The notes beneath the pieces are model-generated. The model was given only the letters and a program-made list of their open reading frames with translations. It did not search any database and was not told the origin of the DNA. A stretch of 64,000 nucleotides of DNA from Opitutaceae bacterium (GTDB lineage: Bacteria; Verrucomicrobiota; Verrucomicrobiia; Opitutales; Coraliomargaritaceae), in contig JBPOFY010000002.1 in the NCBI GenBank assembly GCA_051252375.1, positions 288,001 to 352,000 of the forward strand, given 5' to 3'. Made by a program: the position numbers and the translations under genes. This document shows, in pieces, positions 39,942-47,561 of the stretch (the first letter of the stretch is position 1; every line of letters starts with the position of its first letter).

Positions 39942-41936
39942 ATGCTGCTTAAGAAAACTGCAATTATCGTCACCCTACATGCCCTCTTGGGAATGCTTCC
40001 CTCTCAGGCGATCACGGAGTTTAGCACGGACTTTGATTCACTAACCACAGGGGCAGTCACAAACGCCGACCTCGATGCAGTCAGCACTGGCGGCACATGG
40101 TTTTTTAAAGCAGATCGAGGCGCCAGTCACGAGGCTCAAGACAGTGGCGGCGATAAAGCGGTGCTCATGGATGACCCGGATGCATCAGGGAACGACGGCA
40201 ATCTCCTCTTCGCGGGGGTCACCCTCGACAACTCGGTAGATCTAACGCAGAAGCAGCTCACCTGGAATTTCCGTGTCGCCACTCGTCGCACCGGTAACGA
40301 CAAAGGCTTAAGATTCACCATCGTTGACACAGCCACCAACCAGCCGGCGGTCCAGCTGGATTGGTATCATAACTCAAACACTGTCAGCCTCAACAATGGC
40401 GAGGACAGCGACACATCGAGCTTCGCGTTTCTCAATCCATGGGACACCGGCAGCAGCAATGTAAAAGACGTCACGATTTCAATCGTAGGAAACGGTGTCA
40501 CGGTCGACTTCGATGGAGTCAAACTATTCGGCAATGTCCTGAACGCCTCCACTTCGATCGGTAACTTACGCGTCTGGAGTATCGACAGTGCGGTTGGAGC
40601 TCGTGGGGTGTTCCTCGATGACATGACTCTCGAAACAGACACACTGACAGGCGTGCCTACCTTTCAGGATTTCCATTACCGCGGACTGACTCCAAGCGAC
40701 CCCGATTACGACCACGACCTGATCCGAGTCTACTCACCACCAACTGGCACAGTAGGCGTCGATAGCCGCCCTGCCATTCTGATGTTTCACGGTGGCGGTT
40801 GGTCGAGTGGCAGCATCACCCAGTTCGATTATTTTTGCTCTGAAATGGCGAAGTTGGGCTACGTGGCAGCAACAGCAGACTATCGCTTCTCCAACAATTC
40901 CGCGGCGGCTGCCTACGACGACCCGAAGGAACTCTGCGTCAACGATGCTCGACTGGCCACAGCATGGCTGGAGAGTCAGGCATCTGCCCTTGGCTTCAAA
41001 GATGGTGAGCTCCTCATCGGTGGTGGTTCCGCAGGAGGACATCTCGCCACAATGGTGGCACTACAACCCGACGAACTAGCCGCAGCAGCCCAAGGTCCGC
41101 TCAGCATCTCCGCGATGTTGTTATTCAATGCCGCTTATCATGAGTCCGAAATCAGCGGGGCAAATTCGCTCCGCGTGGATCCCGAGCGCCAACTCGCTGA
41201 ATTGGTCGCCAATGCAAAACTGCCCCCACCCGCGATCCACCTCTTCGGCAACTATGACCACTGGCGCATGCCAGACGATTTCCTCAACGCATCGAATGAG
41301 ATACAGAACGGGATCGGCCGAGCGCTGCCGTTTATCGACGCCTGCCGTGATGCAGGCGCCGAAGCAGAGCTTTGGTATGCCATCGGCAAGGGGCACAGTT
41401 TCTTCAATGCAACCGACTGGATGGAGCGATGCATTGTAGAAATCGACTACTTCCTCATCGCCCGCGGAATCAACGGAGCGACATTGGCGCCCGCTTCCTT
41501 TGCACACCCAGAACTCCAGTTGGAACTCGCCACCTCCTTACACGCTTGGCGGTTAAATTGGTTTCAAAACGAATCCAGCACTGGCGATGCCACAGAGGAC
41601 CAAAATCCCGACAGCGATGACTATAATAATTTCACTGAATTCGGACTCGGGACCAATCCACTGATCGCCGATCTCACTCCCCCACTCATCATTGATTCCG
41701 AAAGTTCGGAGCTTCGTTTCACCCGGCGACAACAAACCTATGCTTTTGCTAATCCAGTAGTGGTTGTCGAACTAGAGACGTCCACCACACTTGCAACCAA
41801 TTCCTGGACACCCGTCGAAATTGATCCAGAAGACATTACTGGCACAGTCGATGACATTGAATCAATCGCCATGACCTACGTCCCGAACCCAGGAACCAAC
41901 CGATTCTACCGCCTCAATGTCCGATCCTATCCTTAA
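39942..41936 (+). CDS. Secreted multidomain alpha/beta hydrolase (esterase) with N-terminal beta-sandwich and C-terminal accessory domain
   Basis: Signal peptide, FHGGGW, GGGSAGGH, GKGHSFFN; C-terminal NPDSDDYNNFTEFGLGTNP...RFYRLNV domain. Confidence 0.8.
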   Translation: MLLKKTAIIVTLHALLGMLPSQAITEFSTDFDSLTTGAVTNADLDAVSTGGTWFFKADRGASHEAQDSGGDKAVLMDDPDASGNDGNLLFAGVTLDNSVDLTQKQLTWNFRVATRRTGNDKGLRFTIVDTATNQPAVQLDWYHNSNTVSLNNGEDSDTSSFAFLNPWDTGSSNVKDVTISIVGNGVTVDFDGVKLFGNVLNASTSIGNLRVWSIDSAVGARGVFLDDMTLETDTLTGVPTFQDFHYRGLTPSDPDYDHDLIRVYSPPTGTVGVDSRPAILMFHGGGWSSGSITQFDYFCSEMAKLGYVAATADYRFSNNSAAAAYDDPKELCVNDARLATAWLESQASALGFKDGELLIGGGSAGGHLATMVALQPDELAAAAQGPLSISAMLLFNAAYHESEISGANSLRVDPERQLAELVANAKLPPPAIHLFGNYDHWRMPDDFLNASNEIQNGIGRALPFIDACRDAGAEAELWYAIGKGHSFFNATDWMERCIVEIDYFLIARGINGATLAPASFAHPELQLELATSLHAWRLNWFQNESSTGDATEDQNPDSDDYNNFTEFGLGTNPLIADLTPPLIIDSESSELRFTRRQQTYAFANPVVVVELETSTTLATNSWTPVEIDPEDITGTVDDIESIAMTYVPNPGTNRFYRLNVRSYP

Positions 41937-41958
41937 GCGCATACCTGACGTTTTAAAA

Positions 41959-42360
41959 CCACGAATGGACACGGATAGACTCGGATATGGATAGCCACAA
42001 AGGTAGCGGCGGTCGCTGTGTCTCGGCGTAGCCATCGGCGAAGATGGATTCCTGACCGCCATACGTCAGAGTAGGCCGTATCAGGTGAAAATGATATTTC
42101 ATATAATGTAGCCACGTCACTCTGTGACGTGATCGTTAGCATAGACTTTATCGCTATAACAAAACACGGCAGAGACTGCCGTGGCTACATCAGCAAGTTA
42201 GGCCGTATCCAGTGGCGCTTAGGGACAAGCGCCGCTACCACAACAAAACAGCTCCTGAGAAATTATTTTGCCATCAATTATTTTGCCTCAATCACGAATG
42301 AGCTGCTGCTCCGCCTCCTCCCTGCCGTGAGCTTGCCGTATGGGCATGAGCCGTTCATAC
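41959..42360. repeat. REP/MITE mosaic block 3
   Basis: First part duplicates 38191-38422; second part duplicates parts of block 2 (~39410-39455 and ~39620-39745). Confidence 0.85.
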
Positions 42361-42524
42361 GCATGTATAGACTCTTCCTAAAAGCGTGACAAAGCATCGA
42401 ACCTAAAGTTTAAAGGCAATGGACCGTTGCGCAACTCGTCTAACATGAACCCCGCCCCCTCAATTTCCACACAAACCAAATCCGTCAAATGCGGCGTTCA
42501 AGGACGCAGATAACACTGATCTCA
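42348..42524 (+). mobile_element. attI-like module, copy 2 (core GATCTCA at 42518-42524)
   Basis: Homolog of copy 1 ending CGCAGATAACACTG. The following GATCTCA is complementary to CGAGATC at the start of the next attC. Confidence 0.65.
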
Positions 42525-42561
42525 GAAAAAAACACCACCAAACTACAATAGAAATTAAATT

Positions 42562-42768
42562 ATGAATAAATGTCCAAATTGCCAAAAGAAACTGTATGAA
42601 GAAGTTCGTGACACTAAAGGGTATGGCTCAGGCGCAGGCCAAATGATTGTAGCTCAGCGGATATGTAAATGCACTGAAGGATGCTATAGCTATGAAAAAG
42701 ACGACATTCCTGGTTACAAAAGTAGAGACATCGGAAACTGCTGCAAATGTGGAAAACCTGGCCAATAG
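42562..42768 (+). CDS. Small Cys-rich (zinc-ribbon-like) protein, cassette 1
   Basis: 68 aa with CPNC, CKCTEGC and CCKC; fills the space between the attI-like site and attC1. Confidence 0.6.
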   Translation: MNKCPNCQKKLYEEVRDTKGYGSGAGQMIVAQRICKCTEGCYSYEKDDIPGYKSRDIGNCCKCGKPGQ

Positions 42769-42797
42769 TCCCACGAGAAAAAACAAAAGATAAGAAT

Positions 42798-42864
42798 CGA
42801 GATCAAGTCAGGATATACAATGAGTTTCGCTGCCGCTCACTCACGTATACCTTCTACGTTGGAC
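42798..42864 (+). mobile_element. attC site 1
   Basis: R'' CGAGATC, 5-nt spacer, L'' AGG(A)TATAC ... L' GTATACCT, 5-nt spacer, R' GTTGGAC; inner stem TGAGT/ACTCA. Confidence 0.85.
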
Positions 42865-42868
42865 GAAA

Positions 42869-43768
42869 ATGATAATTAACACTCCATCTCCTGATGAATT
42901 CAGAACCTATGGTATTTCATATCTGAATTTAGCATGGGACAGCGCGTTAAGTGATCTATCTCAAATCGAGGAATTTGTCGAAGAAGATGACGATATTGTT
43001 CTTGAGCACTCGAGTGATTTTCACCGAAAAATCGGCCTTGCAATTACACTCTGTCACCAAGCTATGGAGTTTTTTATCAAGGGCAGAATTGCCGAAGTAA
43101 GTCCTTACCTCTTAGTAGCTAATTCAGGAAAGGATTGGCCGTCAGTGAAGTCTGATGCAGACTTGGATTTTTCAGACTTGTTCACCGTAAACTCTCAAGA
43201 TTTACCGCGAATCTATAATGCGGTTAGAAGCGATTCGCTCTCGGAAGAATTTGTTCAGAGGTATAACAAGTTACGGAAGATGAGGAATTCTCTCATGCAT
43301 TCGATTAATAGAAACACGAATGTTAGACCAAAGGATGTTTTATTATATATCCTTCAGGTATCAACTGACATCCTTGGCTCTTATAGTTGGATAGATACAA
43401 GGCGGTCATACTTGAACGACAACCTCTATTCAGCGAGCAAGACGGGGGAAACAGAGACCGACCTCGCCTGGGAGATTGCTAGGGTTATGGAAATGTTGAG
43501 CAAAGGAGAGGTGCGAAGGCTTTTACTTGATGTTGGTGATCGGCGGCAGTATCAATGTCCGTTGTGTTTCTCCAATGATGCAGAGATAGAGAATTGCTTT
43601 GCTGTATTGGAGCCGAACACACCTGCTTCAACAAGTATTTACTGTTTAGTTTGCGAGGAATCTACAACTATATTGAGGAGAAATTGCGACCACGATGACT
43701 GTCCAGGGAATGTTATCTATGAGGGCGATGAGGTCTGCCTTACTTGCGGTCGTGGCCAAGAGTTTTAG
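42869..43768 (+). CDS. Putative HEPN-domain protein with C-terminal zinc ribbons, cassette 2
   Basis: LCHQAMEFFIK helix motif, RNSLMH (Rx4H), and CPLC/CLVC/CDHDDC/CLTC. Confidence 0.6.
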   Translation: MIINTPSPDEFRTYGISYLNLAWDSALSDLSQIEEFVEEDDDIVLEHSSDFHRKIGLAITLCHQAMEFFIKGRIAEVSPYLLVANSGKDWPSVKSDADLDFSDLFTVNSQDLPRIYNAVRSDSLSEEFVQRYNKLRKMRNSLMHSINRNTNVRPKDVLLYILQVSTDILGSYSWIDTRRSYLNDNLYSASKTGETETDLAWEIARVMEMLSKGEVRRLLLDVGDRRQYQCPLCFSNDAEIENCFAVLEPNTPASTSIYCLVCEESTTILRRNCDHDDCPGNVIYEGDEVCLTCGRGQEF

Positions 43769-43807
43769 AGTTTGCCTGGGAGTTCCTAAGGTCTCTTATC
43801 TAACAGA

Positions 43808-43875
43808 GTCCAACCAGTCGCGGTGAGACAATAGATTTCGCTGGCGCTCATCTACACTCACGCTCACCGTTCTAG
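43808..43875 (+). mobile_element. attC site 2
   Basis: R'' GTCCAAC (exact complement of the upstream GTTGGAC), L'' GCG(G)TGAG / L' CTCACGC, inner TAGAT/ATCTA, R' GTTCTAG. Confidence 0.9.
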
Positions 43876-43881
43876 GAATAA

Positions 43882-44202
43882 ATGAATGAAGAAAAAGACA
43901 GGCCTTGGCTTAGAATCCACGATGACTGGGGAGACCTTGAAGGACACATCTCAGGAAACAAACAAGGCCTAGAAGCATTAAAAAAGAAAATCGACCAAGC
44001 ACTAGATGAAGGTGTCGGACTAATGGAAGACTTCGACTGTGATTTTAACAGCGTAGCCGTAAGGGAAACAAAAGAAGATGACACACGACCCGATACAGTT
44101 GGGATAAAACTTCTCAAAGGCGGCTTCCTTACCATAATTGCTACATGCTTATTGATATTTGGATTTGGACTGCTGAAACTATGGGAAGCCTTAACCCAAT
44201 GA
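43882..44202 (+). CDS. Hypothetical protein with C-terminal TM helix, cassette 3
   Basis: 106-aa ORF that starts 6 nt after R' and ends 2 nt before the next R''. Confidence 0.7.
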   Translation: MNEEKDRPWLRIHDDWGDLEGHISGNKQGLEALKKKIDQALDEGVGLMEDFDCDFNSVAVRETKEDDTRPDTVGIKLLKGGFLTIIATCLLIFGFGLLKLWEALTQ

Positions 44203-44204
44203 AG

Positions 44205-44308
44205 CTAGAACCAGACGGAGCTGGTCAACCCCATTTACGCGCCAGTAATTCGAAAAGCAATTAGACTACTATTCACTCGGGCTGGGTTGCCAGTCCCCCA
44301 CGTTCGCT
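44205..44308 (+). mobile_element. attC site 3
   Basis: R'' CTAGAAC (exact complement of the upstream GTTCTAG), GGA(G)CTGG(T)CAACCC / GGGTTGCCAGTCC with two extrahelical bases, R' GTTCGCT. Confidence 0.9.
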
Positions 44309-44310
44309 AA

Positions 44311-44553
44311 ATGAAAATAGGAACACTACTTGAGCTAATTCCAGGATTTATAATTTTCGGTTTCTTCTTCTACAAATGCGTAAGATTTAAGCCCACGTTC
44401 TCGTTGGTTAATCCCTTTAATCCAGAAGCCAAAGTGTTTGTCGACAAAGACAACAAAGGAAGGCTCCTGATATTATTAGCCATCCTAGCCTTTCTGATGG
44501 TTGCTCCATTTATCATCTTACTTCTCCTAGGAAGTCCTATCGAAATAAAATAG
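44311..44553 (+). CDS. Small two-TM hypothetical protein, cassette 4
   Basis: 80-aa ORF that starts 2 nt after R' of attC3. Confidence 0.65.
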   Translation: MKIGTLLELIPGFIIFGFFFYKCVRFKPTFSLVNPFNPEAKVFVDKDNKGRLLILLAILAFLMVAPFIILLLLGSPIEIK

Positions 44554-44556
44554 CTG

Positions 44557-44578
44557 ACCGAACCCGCTGGAGCAGGAA
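44557..44578 (+). mobile_element. Truncated attC site 4 (left half only)
   Basis: ACCGAAC (6/7 complement of GTTCGCT), 5-nt spacer, GGAGCAGG L''-like box, then replaced by a GGTAG REP at 44581. Confidence 0.65.
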
Positions 44579-44580
44579 AA

Positions 44581-44850
44581 GGTAGCGACGGTCGCAGTGT
44601 CTCGGCATAGCCATCGGCGGCGACGGATTCCGCCTGCCATTCGTCAGAGTCTGACCGTATCCGATGGCGCTTCCCTTCGATAAACTCAGGACAGGCGGGA
44701 CAAGCGCCGCTACCACAACAAAGCTCAGGTTGCGATTCTAACAAAACACGGCAGAGACTGCCGTGGCTACACTAGGATACATACGAGTGAGCTGCTCCTC
44801 CGTGCCTCTGTGACTCTCCTGCCATGAGCTTGCCGTATGGGTGTGAGCCT
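44581..44850. repeat. REP/MITE mosaic block 4
   Basis: Diverged REP doublet at 44581-44714 with two nested inserts. ~44740-44850 duplicates ~38390-38500. Confidence 0.85.
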
Positions 44851-44857
44851 TTCTACT

Positions 44858-46675
44858 TTAATCCAGCTGCGTCTTTTGTGCGTAGTTATAGTAGACTGCG
44901 CCTTCAATCTCTCCGACTGAATTGTAGAACCATGTCTGGATAAAGGCAGGACCTTTAGGTAAGTCGGTAATTGTGAATTTCACACCATCGGCTTCAGGGT
45001 CTGCGGACTTGCTTGCGTCCATATAGACGACGTCATCATTCCAGATCTTGATGCGAGCACTGGCGATAGCCAATGCTTTGCCAGGACCAGCCGATGTTAA
45101 TGTGGTTTCGTCTTCAATCTCTTGTGGCCAGCGGCGCAGGTCGAAGTCATACGTTCCAGCTTCATTGAACTCAACGGCGATGAAACCGCTACCGACCGAG
45201 CCGTCGATAACATTTCCCTGACTCCAAATTACGGTTCCGTGAAAATCGTGCGCGAGAAGCGTCGTCACTGGTTCCTCGCAGTGCCCTACCATGATACGTG
45301 TGTATTCATGCGCGCGTTCTGCGACCAATTGCCACCATTTTTCATATTCTTCTTTTAGCTCTGCGACGATCCCGTCATGCGCGGAGTCGGCAATGATGTC
45401 GTTCTTCTGCGATTCGTCGACGAGCACATCGTAGAGCTCCCAGTCGTCATCAATACTGGTGCGAACCAAACGCCATTTGTTTGTAATGATATCACCGTCC
45501 CAAATGTCTTTTTTAACAGACAGCTTTTTATACTTTTCAGGATTTTCGGTCCACATGTCGTTGATCACAACCGCTCGGTTTCTGAACTCCTGCGGATCGT
45601 TGGACAGATCTTCATCGAGGAACGGCTTAAAGCTACGGCCACGAATTTTCAGCTTCGCAGGTCTGTCCTCAACATCCTTCAGATTGAGAATGTCCATGAA
45701 TGTAGGGAGCCAATCGATATGTGCAGTCAGGGTGGCGATTTCTCTGCCGGCACCCTCTCCGCCGAGGTTGCCATCTGCCCATCTGATGAAGCATGGGACG
45801 CGAGTGCCACCATCGTAATTAGAGCCTTTGCCACCGCGAAGGTGAGAGCCTGAACCGTTGTCGGTCGTGAAAATGAGAATCGTGTTATCGGCGATTCCTT
45901 TATCGTCGAGGAACTTGATCAGTCGACCCATGTTCTTATCGATATTCTCGATCGTGCCGGTCTTCGCGCTGACTCCCTCGCGGGCGTCCGGTGGCATGAC
46001 ATGCGGGGCGTGCGCCGTGCCAAGTGGGATGTAGGCAAAGAAGGGTTTATCTTTTTCGATGTTATCCGCCATGAAATCCATCGCGCGGTTCATAAAGAAA
46101 TTTGTGGTGAATGCGCCCTCGATGCCGTCGTCCTCATCGGTCATTTCGACCAAGGTATCATTGATCCACATGTGGGCACTTTGATTGGTATTGCCCCAGT
46201 AATCGGGAAGCTGACCTGTGCCGCCGCCTTTGGTCCAAGCGACATATTCAAATCCACGATCTTTTGGGCGGAAGGGGTAATTGTCTCCCAAATGCCATTT
46301 GAAAAAGAGTCCGGTAGCGTATCCGTTGGCTTTGAAGATATCAGCCATGGTGATTTCATCAGCACGCAGCATGTTGCGCCCGTTGATGGTATGCCAAACG
46401 CCAACGACATCACTCGGTCTGCCGGTTAAGAGCGCTGCGCGTGTTGGCGAACAGCTTGGGGAAACGTGAAAGTCAGTTAAACGGACGGAGACCTCCGCCA
46501 GCTTGTCAATGTGAGGCGTGCGCGGTCCACGGTCATTGAAATATGAAAAGGCACTGTGGCTAATGTCATCCGGCATGACGAAAATGACATTCGGTCGGGA
46601 ATTCGATCCTGCCGAAAGAGACAAGAGGCTCGATAATAGTAAGAGCGGGAAAGTGAGTAGCTGGGTTGGTTTCAT
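44858..46675 (-). CDS. Cys-type (S1) arylsulfatase with C-terminal extension
   Basis: NVIFVMPDD, CSPTR, KWHLGDNYP, FTTDNG, DGGTRVP. ATG at 46675; the ORF track starts at 46720. Confidence 0.93.
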   Translation of the reverse strand: MKPTQLLTFPLLLLSSLLSLSAGSNSRPNVIFVMPDDISHSAFSYFNDRGPRTPHIDKLAEVSVRLTDFHVSPSCSPTRAALLTGRPSDVVGVWHTINGRNMLRADEITMADIFKANGYATGLFFKWHLGDNYPFRPKDRGFEYVAWTKGGGTGQLPDYWGNTNQSAHMWINDTLVEMTDEDDGIEGAFTTNFFMNRAMDFMADNIEKDKPFFAYIPLGTAHAPHVMPPDAREGVSAKTGTIENIDKNMGRLIKFLDDKGIADNTILIFTTDNGSGSHLRGGKGSNYDGGTRVPCFIRWADGNLGGEGAGREIATLTAHIDWLPTFMDILNLKDVEDRPAKLKIRGRSFKPFLDEDLSNDPQEFRNRAVVINDMWTENPEKYKKLSVKKDIWDGDIITNKWRLVRTSIDDDWELYDVLVDESQKNDIIADSAHDGIVAELKEEYEKWWQLVAERAHEYTRIMVGHCEEPVTTLLAHDFHGTVIWSQGNVIDGSVGSGFIAVEFNEAGTYDFDLRRWPQEIEDETTLTSAGPGKALAIASARIKIWNDDVVYMDASKSADPEADGVKFTITDLPKGPAFIQTWFYNSVGEIEGAVYYNYAQKTQLD

Positions 46676-46877
46676 ATTATATACTGACAGAAAATGACTA
46701 CGAATGTTCGGGGTAAACAATGACTACGAGGGAATGCCCTAGAGCGAGCATCGCAAGGCAGAACTGCTTCAAAGCGGTCAGCCACCTCCTGATAAATACT
46801 GATAATGATCTTGATAAAAGACTCTAATATGGTAGTCTATTAATCATTAACTGTCATTGACTTAGACATTATACGCG

Positions 46878-47423
46878 ATGTATTTCCACGCCAACGATAT
46901 AAAGAAACGATCATGCGCACGAATTGCGCGGGCATGGAAATTTTGTATCAATCGCACGGTGCTAATCCGGCTTGGGGCACTGATGCTCATGCTCTCCATG
47001 CAGGTGCCGAGCTTGGCGGCGAGCGTCGTCAGTCTGGCAGGCTTGGCGAGCGATCACGAATTGACGGTGATACAGGACCAAGGTCGCGTGCAGGTCATAC
47101 TGTCGCATGTGGATCGGCCCAGCGATGATAGCACCACTCACCACCACAACTGGATTGAAACCCTCTATATTTCGAAAAGGACTGATTCGGGAGCACACCC
47201 TGATCATTGCCTGAGCTTTGCCCAATTCGACAGCTTGAGTCCAAAAGCAGAGACTGGCGGAGCCGAACCGGACATCAAAGCGACGGTCATTGCCGGATTA
47301 TTTTTCTATGCCCTAGCAAGCGTAGACAGCGCGACTCAAATGGAGTGGATAGCAACGCGCTACGATTTTTACCGACCTCTTCAGCCTTGCCGAAATTTGC
47401 AAGGCATCGTCATGCGGCGTTGA
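46878..47423 (+). CDS. His-rich hypothetical exported/membrane protein (possible metal binding)
   Basis: Hydrophobic leader, SDHEL, VILSH, THHHNW, HPDH. Start uncertain. Confidence 0.55.
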   Translation: MYFHANDIKKRSCARIARAWKFCINRTVLIRLGALMLMLSMQVPSLAASVVSLAGLASDHELTVIQDQGRVQVILSHVDRPSDDSTTHHHNWIETLYISKRTDSGAHPDHCLSFAQFDSLSPKAETGGAEPDIKATVIAGLFFYALASVDSATQMEWIATRYDFYRPLQPCRNLQGIVMRR

Positions 47424-47561
47424 GCACGACTGCAAAGTTAGGCTTGTGATTCACAAGCTCCACTTGCAGCCGATAGCCCACACTCGTTTCAAGCGCTTTT
47501 TGTGCGCACATAATTTGGGCGACTGCATTAACCAGATGAACATTTTGACGACAGGATATGT

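Noticed and set aside
39942..41936. Esterase gene as an integron cassette
   Set aside because: No attC-like R''/L''/L'/R' structure follows its stop codon and no matching core precedes it.
38102..44744. Short ORFs within the repeat blocks (e.g. 38102-38353, 39440-39649, 41862-42389, 44370-44744)
   Set aside because: They are translations of palindromic repeats with no protein-family features. None resembles an integrase or transposase.
38153..44850. CRISPR array interpretation of the repeat-rich region
   Set aside because: Repeats are of several types, in both orientations, nested and irregularly spaced. The intervening sequences are themselves repeated, and no cas genes are present.
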